Assembly (NCBI GenBank): GCA_965369375.1
Contig: CBDUQN010000005.1
Location: 4,053 to 68,052, forward strand
DNA from: an uncultured bacterium
GTDB taxonomy: Bacteria; Krumholzibacteriota; Krumholzibacteriia; Krumholzibacteriales; Krumholzibacteriaceae
Direction of reading: 5' to 3'
DNA length: 64,000 bases
This document shows positions 30,500 through 41,195 of this stretch, piece by piece (the first letter of the stretch is position 1; every line of letters starts with the position of its first letter). The position numbers were made by a program, and so were the translations under genes. The notes beneath the pieces were generated by a model that was not told where the DNA came from, ran no database searches, and was given only the letters and a program-made list of their open reading frames with translations.

Positions 30500-31303
30500 T
30501 TATCGCTCCCCGGCACTCACGTCACCGGATGCGAAGACCTCTTCACCCTCTCCCGTTTGTATGCGTAGATGACCCTCTTCCGTCACACCGGAGAGCTTCC
30601 CCTTCACGATTGCGCTGCCGGTATCGAGGCGGATATCCTCATTGATATAGAGGAGCCGCCTCTCCACCTCGTCGCGCCAGCGGGCCGGCCCCTGCTGCTT
30701 CCACCGCAGGTAATCGGCTTCGAATTCACCGACGATCGCGGCCAGCACCGCGCCCCGGTCGGTCAACCGACCCGTGAGCGATCTCAGAGACGTGGCGCTT
30801 GTTCGAATCTCCGTGTCGAGGTCGCCGATCTCCTCGTTTATGTTGATCCCCAATCCCATCACCACCACCCCTCCCCTCGACTCCGCCAGAATGCCCGCGA
30901 GCTTGCATCCGTTGCAGTAGATATCGTTCGGCCATTTGATCCGGATATCGTTCTGAAAGCGCTCGAGGGCCCTCGCCGTGCTCAGCGCGAGAAGCATCGT
31001 AAGTCCCCCGCTGCCGATGCGGCCGGGTTTGAGTATCAGGGAGAAGACGAGGCTCCGACCGCTTCTCGAGCGCCAACTCCTTCCCGCACGTCCGCGTCCT
31101 GCGATTTGAACATCCGCAAGCACCAGCGTCCCCTCGGGCGCACCGGCGTCCGCCGCCGCCGCCGCCGCGCTGTTCGTCGACTGTGTCCGATCGAACAGAA
31201 CGATGACCCGCCCGAGAATCGCCGTCTCGAACAGGTTCCTCAGCCGCGCAGGATGAATTTCACCGATTCCCGTTCCCCCGGCGAACTCTCCGTGTTTCAT
31301 CAT
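30500..31303 (-). CDS. birA: Biotin--[acetyl-CoA-carboxylase] ligase
   Basis: KWPNDIY motif, GRGRAGRSW. Track start 31465 trimmed to MMKHGEF so that the overlap with the nadC stop is 4 nt. Confidence 0.75.
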   Translation of the reverse strand: MMKHGEFAGGTGIGEIHPARLRNLFETAILGRVIVLFDRTQSTNSAAAAAADAGAPEGTLVLADVQIAGRGRAGRSWRSRSGRSLVFSLILKPGRIGSGGLTMLLALSTARALERFQNDIRIKWPNDIYCNGCKLAGILAESRGGVVVMGLGININEEIGDLDTEIRTSATSLRSLTGRLTDRGAVLAAIVGEFEADYLRWKQQGPARWRDEVERRLLYINEDIRLDTGSAIVKGKLSGVTEEGHLRIQTGEGEEVFASGDVSAGER

Positions 31304-32175
31304 TGCCCGCCGGCCTCCTCCAGCGTCAGGCTCAGATCGAGCGCCGGCGCCGATGAGGTGAGAGAACCGACTGATATATAGTGTACCCCCCGCACGGCAT
31401 ACGAGCGAATCGTCTCGAGTGTGATACCTCCCGACACCTCGACTTCCGGGACGGCGGTTCCCCACAAACCAAGCTCCTCAATCGCCTCCTCCACCATCGG
31501 GGGTGTAAAATTATCGAGCATGACCCGCGCAGGGGGCGCGTCACGAAGCAGGCCGAGCTGCTCGAGGGTCGAGATCTCTATTATAGCTTCACGCAAGCCA
31601 TTCCGCCCAAGGCCTTCGACAACGCGTTCAAGCCCTCCGGCGGCGGTTATATGATTTTCCTTGACGAGAATCGCACCGGCGAGATCGAAACGGTGGTTTT
31701 TTCCGCCCCCGTCGGCGACCGCCCTCTTCTCGAGCAGCCTCAGACCGGGCGTTGTCTTTCTCGTATCGAGAATCACTATGCCGGTCCCCTTCACCGCATC
31801 GACGTAGAGCGCCGTGAGGGTTGCTATGCCGGACAAATGCTGCAGAAAATTGAGCGCCGTCCTCTCACCGGACAGAAGCGCGCGCAAACTTCCGCGCACG
31901 ACGGCAACCGTATCGCCTGGACCGACGCGGCCCCCGTCTTCGCGCCGGGGCAGGTACTCGACCGCTCGATCGAGAGTCGCAAAAACGGCCTCCGCAGCCC
32001 CATGCCCCGATATCACTCCGTGAGCTTTTGCCGTGATCAGCGCTCCGCCGAGCGCGGCCTCGCCGACGAGCGCGTTGGTCGTTCGATCCATGCCGGCGGC
32101 GTCCTCCTCGAGCGCCCGTTTCACGCGATCACGGATTTCTCTTTCGAGCCCCTCCAAATTGCTTCCTCCTCGCAA
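31300..32175 (-). CDS. nadC: Nicotinate-nucleotide pyrophosphorylase (carboxylating)
   Basis: 291 aa; QPRTase motifs ([12 protein letters not shown]). Confidence 0.8.
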   Translation of the reverse strand: MRGGSNLEGLEREIRDRVKRALEEDAAGMDRTTNALVGEAALGGALITAKAHGVISGHGAAEAVFATLDRAVEYLPRREDGGRVGPGDTVAVVRGSLRALLSGERTALNFLQHLSGIATLTALYVDAVKGTGIVILDTRKTTPGLRLLEKRAVADGGGKNHRFDLAGAILVKENHITAAGGLERVVEGLGRNGLREAIIEISTLEQLGLLRDAPPARVMLDNFTPPMVEEAIEELGLWGTAVPEVEVSGGITLETIRSYAVRGVHYISVGSLTSSAPALDLSLTLEEAGGQ

Positions 32176-34153
32176 CGTTCATCTGCAACTCTTCCAATCG
32201 ATCCCTGATGCTCGCCGCCTTTTCGAAGTTGAGGGCTTCCGCCTCGCGCCACATCTCCTCCTCGAGCCGTTTGATGAGTGTTGGATCGTCCTCTGAATCA
32301 GGTAAGTAGAGGTCGTCCGCTCCCGCCGATTCGGCGATACTGCGCGCGTCGGCGACTGAAGTTGCGATGCGTACCTCCTCGATCGACTTGACGATAGAGC
32401 GCGGCGTGATTCCATACTCCTCGTTGTACAAAAGCTGTTTGTCCCTGCGGCGGTTCGTCTCCTCGATCGCCCGCTCCATGGAACCGGTCATGCGGTCCGC
32501 ATAGAATATCACCGTTCCTTCGATGTTTCGCGCGGCCCTGCCGGCCGTCTGTATCAGGGACGTCCGTGAGCGTAGAAAGCCCTCCTTATCCGCATCGAGG
32601 ATGGCGACGAGAGATACTTCGGGTAGATCGAGACCTTCCCTGAGCAGATTGATGCCGACGAGAACATCGAACTCCCCAAAGCGGAGATCACGCAGGATCT
32701 CGACACGATCGAGCGCATAGATATCGCTGTGCAGATACCGTACCTTGACACCGAGACCGGAGAGGTAGGTGGTGAGATCCTCGGCCATCCGCTTGGTCAG
32801 CGTCGTGACGAGCACCCGCTCCTTGCGATCCACTCTCGTTCTGATCTCTCCGAGCAGATCGTCCACCTGTCCCTTTACCGGACGCACCTCGATCACCGGA
32901 TCGACGAGCCCCGTGGGTCTCACGATCTGCTCGACGATCTCGCCGCGGCACACTTCGAGCTCATAGTCCCCCGGCGTGGCGGAGACAAAGATAAACCGTT
33001 TTATCAGTTTCTCGAATTCCCCGTACATCAGGGGCCGGTTGTCAAGCGCGGAGGGGAGCCGGAAACCATGCTCGACGAGCGTCGTTTTCCGGCTGCGGTC
33101 ACCCTCGTACATCCCCCTGATCTGCGGAATAGTAACGTGAGACTCATCGATAACAACGAGAAAATCGTCTCCGAAATAATCGATGAGTGTCGCCGGGCGC
33201 TCACCGGGCTTTCGTCCCGACAGGTGCCGCGAGTAGTTCTCGATACCGGAGCAATACCCCATTTCGCGCATCATCTCTATGTCGTAGCGGGTTCTCATCT
33301 CGAGACGTTTGGCCTCGAGATGCTTGTCCGCCGCAGCGAGTTCCTCGAGCCGGCGCCCAAGCTCCTTCTCTATTTCTCCGATTGCGCCCTCCAGCTTGGA
33401 CTGCGACGTTACAAAATGTGAAGACGGATATATCGTCACGTTTTCGGCGCGTCGCAGAACCTCCCCGGTAAGGGGATGAATCACCGAGATCCTCTCCACC
33501 CCCTCGTCGAAGAGCTCTATCCGTATCCCCTCCTCCATGAACGCGGGCCTGATTTCTATCACGTCGCCGCGCACCCTGAACGTGCCCCGCGTGAAATCCA
33601 TGTCGTTTCGCGAGTACTGGATGCGCACAAGGGTAGCGAGAAGCTCCTCTCGATCGAAGTGCGCGCCCTCCGACACGGTGAACGTGAGTTGTGCGAATTC
33701 ATCGGGAGAACCGAGACCGTAGATGCATGACACGCTCGCAACGACGATAACATCCTTTCTCGTCATCAGCGATCCGGTCGCGCGCAGCCTGAGCCTGTCG
33801 ATGTCTTCGTTTATCGATACATCCTTCTCGATAAACGTTTCCGTCGCCGGAATGAAGGCCTCGGGCTGATAGTAATCGTAATAGCTGATGAAATATTCGA
33901 CGGCATTATCGGGAAAGACACTCCGGAGCTCACCGTAAAGCTGGGCCGCGAGGGTCTTGTTATGAGAGATGATGAGCGCCGGCATGCCGCACCGCTCGAT
34001 CACGTTTGCAATCGTGAATGTCTTTCCCGATCCGGTTACACCGAGAAGCGTCTGAAACTTTCGATCCTCCTTTATTCCGCGAACGAGCCCATCGACCGCC
34101 TGCGGTTGATCGCCGGTCATCTCGTATTTTGCTTGAATGGTAAATAGAGGCAT
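32129..34153 (-). CDS. uvrB: Excinuclease ABC subunit B
   Basis: [11 protein letters not shown] Walker A, helicase motifs, C-terminal UVR domain. Start trimmed to MPLFTIQ. Confidence 0.9.
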   Translation of the reverse strand: MPLFTIQAKYEMTGDQPQAVDGLVRGIKEDRKFQTLLGVTGSGKTFTIANVIERCGMPALIISHNKTLAAQLYGELRSVFPDNAVEYFISYYDYYQPEAFIPATETFIEKDVSINEDIDRLRLRATGSLMTRKDVIVVASVSCIYGLGSPDEFAQLTFTVSEGAHFDREELLATLVRIQYSRNDMDFTRGTFRVRGDVIEIRPAFMEEGIRIELFDEGVERISVIHPLTGEVLRRAENVTIYPSSHFVTSQSKLEGAIGEIEKELGRRLEELAAADKHLEAKRLEMRTRYDIEMMREMGYCSGIENYSRHLSGRKPGERPATLIDYFGDDFLVVIDESHVTIPQIRGMYEGDRSRKTTLVEHGFRLPSALDNRPLMYGEFEKLIKRFIFVSATPGDYELEVCRGEIVEQIVRPTGLVDPVIEVRPVKGQVDDLLGEIRTRVDRKERVLVTTLTKRMAEDLTTYLSGLGVKVRYLHSDIYALDRVEILRDLRFGEFDVLVGINLLREGLDLPEVSLVAILDADKEGFLRSRTSLIQTAGRAARNIEGTVIFYADRMTGSMERAIEETNRRRDKQLLYNEEYGITPRSIVKSIEEVRIATSVADARSIAESAGADDLYLPDSEDDPTLIKRLEEEMWREAEALNFEKAASIRDRLEELQMNVARRKQFGGARKRNP

Positions 34154-34208
34154 GGCGCACCTGGTCGGCATTCGGCGTCAAACATCACGAAACGGCATGA
34201 ACTTCTTG

Positions 34209-35048
34209 CTAGGGAATATCTTCTTTCGTAATCGTGATATCTCTCATGACCCTTCCCCGCTCGCCGGAAAGCTCTATACGGGAGCCGTTGAGCTCCAGTG
34301 CGAAGCTCCCGGGATTTCCCACCTTCTGAAATACGAACGCTTCGTTAGCTTCGAAAGTCCTGATACGGCCCGGCAGAAGGAGAAACATGAATGTATCCGC
34401 TTCGAGCACGCCATCCTCGAATGAAATGGCGAGGAGCTCGAACCAGCAGCTATCCGACGGATTCTCGATTACCGCCAGAATCATCGTCTCCGGTTCCGCG
34501 GGCTCCTGCGCAACCGCTTCAGTCACCTCCGGCACGGGCTCGGGCGGCGGCGCTTCCTCCTTTTCTTCGACAACCGTTTGCGCCGGTTCCCGCTCCGTCT
34601 CGTCCCTCCCGATCACCACCACGAAAACAATGATCGCCGCAACAATCACAAGCGCAGGCAGAACGAACCGCATTAATATCTTCGGTGATTCGAGCTTCTC
34701 CTCCACGGTCACCGTCTCGATCTCCCACAGATCCCCCTTACTCTTGTGCGTCTGGCCGGTTTGGACTTCGTATTTGCTCAGGATGTGATCGGCGTCGAGG
34801 CTCAACACTTCGGCATACGAACGCAGGAATCCCTTGACGTAGACCTTCGCCGGGAATGCCTCGAAGTTATCGGTCTCGAGATATTCCAGCATCCTAATCG
34901 GTATCTTCGTTTCCTGGCTGACGTCATCGAGTGTCATGCCGCTTCGTTCCCTCGCAGCGAGGAGTATTTCACCAGTCGTTTTCTCGCCATCGGGGCGATC
35001 CGGTATTTCGGGGCGTTTCCCGGTCGATTCATCGGATTCTGAGCTCAC
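34209..35048 (-). CDS. RodZ-like cytoskeleton protein (XRE HTH + TM + DUF4115)
   Basis: HTH ILLAARERSGMTLDDVSQETKIPIRMLEYLE; single TM (VLPALVIVAAIIVFVVVI); Pro/Glu-rich linker; C-terminal beta domain. Confidence 0.55.
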   Translation of the reverse strand: MSSESDESTGKRPEIPDRPDGEKTTGEILLAARERSGMTLDDVSQETKIPIRMLEYLETDNFEAFPAKVYVKGFLRSYAEVLSLDADHILSKYEVQTGQTHKSKGDLWEIETVTVEEKLESPKILMRFVLPALVIVAAIIVFVVVIGRDETEREPAQTVVEEKEEAPPPEPVPEVTEAVAQEPAEPETMILAVIENPSDSCWFELLAISFEDGVLEADTFMFLLLPGRIRTFEANEAFVFQKVGNPGSFALELNGSRIELSGERGRVMRDITITKEDIP

Positions 35049-37736
35049 TTACAAATCCTCCATGATCTTTCGAATATGTTTTATACGATCCGCGAATTCC
35101 GCGAATCGCTCCCTCTCTCGTTCGATGACATCCTGCGGCGCACGCTCGAGAAATTTGCCTTCCCGAAGCCGTTTATCCAGCTTTTCGTACTCCCGGCTCA
35201 TTCTCTCCAGCTCCCGCTGCAGCCGTTTCCTCTCGACCTCGAGATCGATAACGCCTTCGAGGGGTACATAGATCTCGAGGCTGGCGAGCCCCGCCGCAGC
35301 GGCACCGGAGGGCTTGCTCGCTCCCTCTGTGATTTCGAGAGCGTCGATATTCGCCATCAGGCGTATCTGGTCTCGATATCTCTCGAGCTTGGCGCGCCAT
35401 GGGGAACCTGATTCGCAATTGAGTATCGCATCGACCTTTTGCGCAGGCGGTAGACGGAAACTCTGGCGTAGGTTCCTGACGCTCGTGACGATCTCCTTGA
35501 ACATCGACACGTCCTCTTCGATCGATGCATCGGAAATCCCTTGCGGCGCTTCCGGTATCCGGAATCCGGCTAGAAGGGGGGGATCGGGTGAAAGCATGCT
35601 CCAGATTTCCTCCGTAACGAATGGCATGTAGGGGTGGATCAGGGCGAGAGACATACCGAGGACGGTCCGCGCCGTCACGGCCGCTCCCCGGGCGCGCGTG
35701 CCACCGTCTCGCAAGGCCTGCTTTGAAAGTTCGAGATACCAGTCACAGAATTCATGCCAGAAGAAGTCGTAGAACGTCCTTGCCGCCTCGTCGAGACGGA
35801 ACTGTTCGATGGAACGCGCGTATTCGTCAGCCCCGCGCTGCATCCGGCTCACGATCCATCTGTCCTCCCAGCCGAACTCGCACCCTCCGTCGGGACCGCT
35901 CCCGAAGAGAGCGCCGAAGAGACCGGTAATCGGATCCGTATCAGAAGCGGGGGCTCTGAAGAGCTCCTGCTGTTCGGCCTGCCGGAGAACGAAGCGGGCC
36001 GCGTTCCATATCTTGTTCGCAAAGTGTTTGCCCATCTCGATGCGCTTTTCATCGAAGAGGAGATCCTGTCCCGGTGATGAGAGCATAACGAGTGTGAAAC
36101 GGAACGCATCCGCTCCGTATTGCGCCGCAAGCGTGTTGGGATCGGGCGAATTCCCGAGCGATTTGCTGTACTTGCAGCCCTTGGCGTCGCGCACCATGGC
36201 GGTGATGAGCACATGGCTGAACGGTTTCTCCCCCATGAATTCGAAAGCGGCCATCACCATCCTCGCGACCCAGAAGAATATGATATCGCCGCCGGTCACG
36301 AGCACATCCGCCGGATGGAAGGTTTTCAGATCCTCGGTCTCCGCAGGCCACCCCATCGGCGAAAAGGTCCAGAGCCAGGACGAAAACCAGGTATCGAGAA
36401 CATCCTCCTCCTGCGTCAGCGATGCACTATTGCACTTCGGACACCTCTGAGGCGCCTCGACGGCGACGATCTCCTCTCCGCACGGACCGCAGTACCAGAC
36501 CGGGATCCTGTGTCCCCACCAAAGCTGTCTCGAGATGCACCAGTCCTTGATGTTCTCCATCCAGCTGAGGTAGATATTCTTCCACCGCTCGGGGTGAAAC
36601 GAGAGCCCGCCGTCGTTCACGACGGCTATCCCCGGCGCGGCGAGCTGCTTCATGCCGAGAAACCATTGCTGCGAGATCACCGGCTCGATTATGGTGTCAC
36701 ATCGGTCATGATGCCCGATCATATGATCGTAGTCCTCGATATTTCTCAGATACCCTTCCGATTTGAGCGCCTCGAGAACACGATCGCGCGCCTCGAATCG
36801 CTCCAGGCCGCTGAACCGTCCCGTCTCCTCACTCATAGAGCCCTCCTGATCGATAACGACAACCGGTTCGAGCCCGTGCCTGCGTCCGATCTCGAAATCG
36901 ACGGCGTCATGCGCCGGGGTCACCTTCAGACACCCCGTCCCAAATTGAGGATCGACGGCCTCGTCGAGAATAACGGGAATCTCGCGACCGGTGAGCGGCA
37001 ATATGAGCAACTTCCCCTCGAGGGCCCGCGCACGCTCGTCTTCGGCGCTTATCGCGACCGCGACGTCTCCGAGCATCGTCTCCGGCCTCGTGGTGCCGAC
37101 AACAACCTCGCCGTCGCCGTCCGCGAACGGATATGCGATATAGTAGAGCTTGCCGTGCCTGTCCCTGAACTCGACCTCCTCGTCGCTGATGGCGGTCTTG
37201 CACGACGGGCACCAGTTAACGATATAGCGCCCACGATATATCAATCCCTTCCCGTAAAGCCTGACGAATACCTCACGCACCGCGCGTGACACCCCGGGAT
37301 CGAGCGTAAAAACCTCTCTCGTCCAATCGAGCGACGCGCCGAGTCTCTCGAGCTGTTCTACGATGCTCCTGTGATACCGGTCTTTCCATTTCCAGCATTC
37401 CTCGAGAAACTTCTCCCTCCCGAGCTCCTCCCTGCTGATCCCCCTTTCGGCGAGCGATCGTTCCACGACCTTCTGCGTCGCTATGCCTGCATGATCCGTC
37501 CCGGGCAGCCAGAGCACGTTGTACCCGCGCAACCGCTTCCACCGCACCAGAATATCCTGTATCGTCGTTCCGAGCGCGTGGCCGACGGTGAGGATTCCCG
37601 TTATGTTCGGCGGTGGAAGGATAATCGTGAAGGGAGTATCCTTCGAACCCGCATCGGCGGTGAAGACACCCTCCTCCCTCCAGATGCCGCTCCACTTTGC
37701 ATCAATCTCTTTCGGCCGGTAAACCTTATCGAGCAT
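35049..37736 (-). CDS. valS: Valine--tRNA ligase
   Basis: HIGH-type motif region (PPPNITGILTVGH) and KMSKS (KYSKSLGN); C-terminal coiled coil. Start trimmed to MLDKVYRPKEIDAKW, which has an AAGGGAG Shine-Dalgarno 8 nt upstream. Confidence 0.9.
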   Translation of the reverse strand: MLDKVYRPKEIDAKWSGIWREEGVFTADAGSKDTPFTIILPPPNITGILTVGHALGTTIQDILVRWKRLRGYNVLWLPGTDHAGIATQKVVERSLAERGISREELGREKFLEECWKWKDRYHRSIVEQLERLGASLDWTREVFTLDPGVSRAVREVFVRLYGKGLIYRGRYIVNWCPSCKTAISDEEVEFRDRHGKLYYIAYPFADGDGEVVVGTTRPETMLGDVAVAISAEDERARALEGKLLILPLTGREIPVILDEAVDPQFGTGCLKVTPAHDAVDFEIGRRHGLEPVVVIDQEGSMSEETGRFSGLERFEARDRVLEALKSEGYLRNIEDYDHMIGHHDRCDTIIEPVISQQWFLGMKQLAAPGIAVVNDGGLSFHPERWKNIYLSWMENIKDWCISRQLWWGHRIPVWYCGPCGEEIVAVEAPQRCPKCNSASLTQEEDVLDTWFSSWLWTFSPMGWPAETEDLKTFHPADVLVTGGDIIFFWVARMVMAAFEFMGEKPFSHVLITAMVRDAKGCKYSKSLGNSPDPNTLAAQYGADAFRFTLVMLSSPGQDLLFDEKRIEMGKHFANKIWNAARFVLRQAEQQELFRAPASDTDPITGLFGALFGSGPDGGCEFGWEDRWIVSRMQRGADEYARSIEQFRLDEAARTFYDFFWHEFCDWYLELSKQALRDGGTRARGAAVTARTVLGMSLALIHPYMPFVTEEIWSMLSPDPPLLAGFRIPEAPQGISDASIEEDVSMFKEIVTSVRNLRQSFRLPPAQKVDAILNCESGSPWRAKLERYRDQIRLMANIDALEITEGASKPSGAAAAGLASLEIYVPLEGVIDLEVERKRLQRELERMSREYEKLDKRLREGKFLERAPQDVIERERERFAEFADRIKHIRKIMEDL

Positions 37737-37768
37737 CAACAACTCCCTTGAGCCCGTCACCATACACA

Positions 37769-37850
37769 CACCCGAGGTTAGAAGCTAACACATACCACAC
37801 CCGATGTTAGAAGCTAACACATACCGCACCCGATGTTAGAAGCTAACACA
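37769..37850. repeat. Three tandem 29-bp direct repeats, each containing the inverted repeat GTTAG-AAG-CTAAC
   Basis: cacccgaKgttagaagctaacacataccR x3 (copies at 37769-37797, 37798-37826, 37827-37850). Begins ~33 nt upstream of the valS start. Confidence 0.7.
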
Positions 37851-37888
37851 GGCTTAATCGAGGGTCAATGACGAGCTTCGGCGGTTTC

Positions 37889-38725
37889 TCAGCGAATCGC
37901 CGTAAAATATATGAACGCCGTTAGCCCTGCGGGGATAAGGTAATATGCAAAACGGTAGAGTCTTCCGACGGCCATCAGCCTGAGCAGAAGCCGCAGGGAC
38001 AGCCATCCCGATGCAAAGGCGGTTACGCTCCCTACGAGGAGGAGGAGGAGCTCGCCGGGGCTCACGGAAAAAGAGCCTTTGACTATCTCGAGCGCAAGTG
38101 CGCCGAGTATCGCGGGGATCGCGAGAAGGAATGAGAATTCCGCCGCCTCACGCCCCCCGAGTCCGAGCAGCATCCCCGTTGTTATCGTCCAGCCGCTCCT
38201 CGAGCACCCCGGCAGGATCGCAATCGCCTGAGCGAGGCCGATGACAATGGCCGCCCGCCCCGAAAGCGCGCCCCCTCCGCTTCGAATCCTCGAGAACAGC
38301 AGATAGAAGCCCGTAGCGACGAGCAACAGCGATGTCACCGCTGGAAAATCGAAGAGCATTACAATGGAGTCGCGCAGCGCAAGTCCGACGAATGCGGCCG
38401 GCACGCTCCCCAGAACGAGCCACCCCGCGTACCGCACCTCTTCGCTGTTTTGTTCGGTTCGCCTGAAACCGGAAGCGAAAAACGAAACGATTGCACCGAA
38501 GAGCCGGGCGATTCTGCGCTTGTATACCACGATGATGGCGACGAGCGTTCCGACATGAACGGCAACCTCGAAACCGACGCCGGGGCCCCTGGCTCCGAGC
38601 AGGCTTTCCACCAGCACGAGGTGACCCGATGAGCTCACGGGCAAAAACTCGGTGAGTCCCTGGATCACCGCGAGAAAAATGACCGTTACAACGGAGATCA
38701 GCATTGTGGGCGCCTCTCGTTCCAT
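37889..38725 (-). CDS. uppP: Undecaprenyl-diphosphatase
   Basis: TEFLPVSSSGHLVL signature; polytopic membrane protein. Start may be the internal Met (MLISVV...). Confidence 0.8.
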   Translation of the reverse strand: MEREAPTMLISVVTVIFLAVIQGLTEFLPVSSSGHLVLVESLLGARGPGVGFEVAVHVGTLVAIIVVYKRRIARLFGAIVSFFASGFRRTEQNSEEVRYAGWLVLGSVPAAFVGLALRDSIVMLFDFPAVTSLLLVATGFYLLFSRIRSGGGALSGRAAIVIGLAQAIAILPGCSRSGWTITTGMLLGLGGREAAEFSFLLAIPAILGALALEIVKGSFSVSPGELLLLLVGSVTAFASGWLSLRLLLRLMAVGRLYRFAYYLIPAGLTAFIYFTAIR

Positions 38726-38787
38726 CTACCGGCGCGCGCAGAGAGAACCATCACGATTGAATTCAACACGCACACCTCTCTTTCACT

Positions 38788-39621
38788 CTACCGGCCTGCT
38801 CCGAAGTAGAAGGCTAGTATACCAAAAAACATGCCCGTTTTGAGCAACATGCTCATCAGCCCGAGCGACCTCCGTCTCAGTGACAGTATAAGGGAGACGA
38901 TCAAAATCGGCATGACGGACAGCACGATGACAACGGCGTAGCCGGACCGGTAGACGCCGTGCAGAGAGGGAAGCGGGAAAAGAACGATAAGGGCGGCGAA
39001 AACGGCGGCGGCCACACGAAGGGACAGACATCTCCCGGCCAGAACCGGAAGGGTCTTCGCTCCCGCCAACCGATCGCCGTCGATATCATCGCAATCCTTT
39101 ACGATCTCCCTGCCCATGACGAAGAGAAAGGTGAAAACCGCCGGAACGGCGCCCGCCTCGATCGAGCCTCCCGCGTAGGCCCCGAGCAGAAAGCCGGAGG
39201 CCGAAACGGCTGCAACAAGCAGATTGCCGGCTATATAGAATCGCTTGCAAAAGGAGGAATAGCAATGCAGCAGCACGATCCAGGCGGCGATCCATACCGC
39301 TTGCGTGGGTGGGAGAGACAGGAGGACAAAGACCGCCGCGACGAGCAAACCCGCATAGAGAGCCGTGACGGCGCGTACGGAGACGGCGCCCGAAGGCAGG
39401 GGCCTCCTCGGCTTGTTGATACGATCGATATCGATATCATAGATGTCGTTGATCGTATTTCCCGCGGCCGCCGCGATCGCGACCGCGGCGAGAAGAGTCC
39501 AGGGCCAGTATCCCGTGGTCGCCATCGAAAACCCCACGCCCGTCGACAGCAGCGCCGCGGCGACGTTGTGCGGCCTGACGACGATTACAAGAGAAAATGC
39601 CTTATGCGCTAGAAGTCCCAA
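38788..39621 (-). CDS. UbiA-family prenyltransferase, DGGGP-synthase-like
   Basis: NDIYDIDIDRINKPRRPLPSG resembles the archaeal-type digeranylgeranylglyceryl phosphate synthase motif NDxxDxxxDxINxPxRPxPSG; second Asp-rich motif DCDDIDGD; 8-9 TM. Confidence 0.55.
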   Translation of the reverse strand: MGLLAHKAFSLVIVVRPHNVAAALLSTGVGFSMATTGYWPWTLLAAVAIAAAAGNTINDIYDIDIDRINKPRRPLPSGAVSVRAVTALYAGLLVAAVFVLLSLPPTQAVWIAAWIVLLHCYSSFCKRFYIAGNLLVAAVSASGFLLGAYAGGSIEAGAVPAVFTFLFVMGREIVKDCDDIDGDRLAGAKTLPVLAGRCLSLRVAAAVFAALIVLFPLPSLHGVYRSGYAVVIVLSVMPILIVSLILSLRRRSLGLMSMLLKTGMFFGILAFYFGAGR

Positions 39622-41174
39622 AGGACCTCCAGGTATCCGAAGATATCCCTCGTATCGACACCTTCGTCGCCTCCCGACAGATATCTCCAGCCTAAGGCCG
39701 CGGAAATCGAAGAGCCGGCCCCGAGATCGACGAAACCGATTGCCCTGAAATCCTTCTCGTGCAGAGTATCCCCAGTCGGAGTTTGCGGGTCCGGTTCATC
39801 GCCCGGCGCCCACGACCGCATGTCGGCGCCCTCTCCAAACCGCGTTATCCTTGCTTCCAACGCCGCCACGAAACGCTCATGCAGCGCAAATTCCGCGCGG
39901 AAGATCCATCGGTCGGCATCCGGCCCCAGCGCGGAACCGATGATACTGTTGATCTCGGGATCACCGTTGCCCGTCACGTAGTGGGTGCGCAACGAATCAT
40001 TGTGCGTGTATGTGTATATATCGATCAGCGTGTAGCCGGCGAACAGTTCTATCTCGTGCTTCCACACGTCGAGCTGCGATTCGATCGAGCAGTTGAAACC
40101 CCATTTGCTCGGGGCCGGAGGATCATCCTCGTATTGCAGATCATCGATGAGCAACTCTCCGCAGAAGATCAGACCCTTTACGAGCGGTATCTTCCAGTCA
40201 AGCCCCCAGAGAACATTATCGTTCTTCTTCTCGTTGAACTGGTTCGCGTAGAATGAACCAACGGGCAGGAGATACGAGAAATCGATTTCACGACCGGTAT
40301 AGATCACCGACTCCCCGAAGCCGAGGTAGATACCTCGCGGCAGGCGTATCGTCAGGCGGTGACCCGCCATACGTCGGGGCATCGACGAATCGAGAAGGAC
40401 CTGCACGGTGTGCAGCCTGAATACACCGATAGAAAAATCGAACGAGAGATGATCGAGCGATCCGGCGGTGTTCGACAGCAACATTCCCCCCGCCCTTCCG
40501 TTCGCCCAATGACCGTAATCTCTACCGATAAAGAAATTCCAGCTATTACCGCCGAACGCGGCGTATGCCCGCTCATACAATGCAGTGACACCCCGCCAGC
40601 TCCGCTCCCGGGGGCTCGGGCTCTCGCGGTCCTCGTAGAAACCCTCCTCCCGATTGATCCGCACGCGGTACGCAACCTCGATCGTGAGTTTATTATCGAT
40701 ATCGAAAAGCAGATCGGGTACGAAGAGTCCTTCCGCAGCACCACGGTCGCTGCCTGGAATCTTTTTTATTCGTCCTCCCGCCGAGATATCGAAAGCGATA
40801 AAGCCGCTCTCCTTCTCGTATGCAATAACAGGACGATCTTCGCGCTCCGCCGGCCGATCCGCCTTGCCGAGGAATTCCTTCTGGAGTCTTTCGAGGAGAA
40901 AACGTTGACGCGGACTCAGAACCGGCGCCGCTTCACGCCCGGCCGCCTCAGTTATATGCTCGACATACCTCTCTACATCCCGGCGGTAATAGGGCGTCGT
41001 CGGTTCGAGGCTCACGAACCCGAGGAGCTCGAATTTTCGAAGGGCTGGATAGACCCAGCTGTCCGGAGCGAGCCGCTCATTCGACGCCGCCAGAGGAACG
41101 GCCGCCGCCAGCAGAAAAAATCCGGAAAGGATCACTCCTCCCGGATACCATATCCGATGTTTCAAATGCCTCAT
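39609..41174 (-). CDS. Putative outer membrane protein of unknown function
   Basis: Signal peptide (VILSGFFLLAAAVPLAA); 521 aa; beta-rich; C-terminal ...LEVLWDF. Confidence 0.35.
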   Translation of the reverse strand: MRHLKHRIWYPGGVILSGFFLLAAAVPLAASNERLAPDSWVYPALRKFELLGFVSLEPTTPYYRRDVERYVEHITEAAGREAAPVLSPRQRFLLERLQKEFLGKADRPAEREDRPVIAYEKESGFIAFDISAGGRIKKIPGSDRGAAEGLFVPDLLFDIDNKLTIEVAYRVRINREEGFYEDRESPSPRERSWRGVTALYERAYAAFGGNSWNFFIGRDYGHWANGRAGGMLLSNTAGSLDHLSFDFSIGVFRLHTVQVLLDSSMPRRMAGHRLTIRLPRGIYLGFGESVIYTGREIDFSYLLPVGSFYANQFNEKKNDNVLWGLDWKIPLVKGLIFCGELLIDDLQYEDDPPAPSKWGFNCSIESQLDVWKHEIELFAGYTLIDIYTYTHNDSLRTHYVTGNGDPEINSIIGSALGPDADRWIFRAEFALHERFVAALEARITRFGEGADMRSWAPGDEPDPQTPTGDTLHEKDFRAIGFVDLGAGSSISAALGWRYLSGGDEGVDTRDIFGYLEVLWDF

Positions 41175-41195
41175 CCAGTTATTCGATCATCCGCT

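Noticed and set aside
36120-37289. 389-aa plus-strand ORF, plus many other long antisense ORFs. Examples: 1987-2754, 11163-12020, 27473-28381, 30569-31381, 31381-32208, 40359-41453, 51465-53108, 56112-57245, 57073-58461 and 60116-60940.
   Set aside because: Each lies fully inside and antisense to a confidently identified gene (valS, dnaE, groEL, birA, nadC, recG, ftsZ, murC and others). Their products are low-complexity and Arg/Pro-rich, as expected for stop-codon-poor frames in ~60% GC DNA.
37769-37850. CRISPR array or T-box leader upstream of valS
   Set aside because: Three direct repeats are contiguous with no spacers, and there are no cas genes. The region (~120 nt) is too short for a T-box and lacks the T-box sequence.
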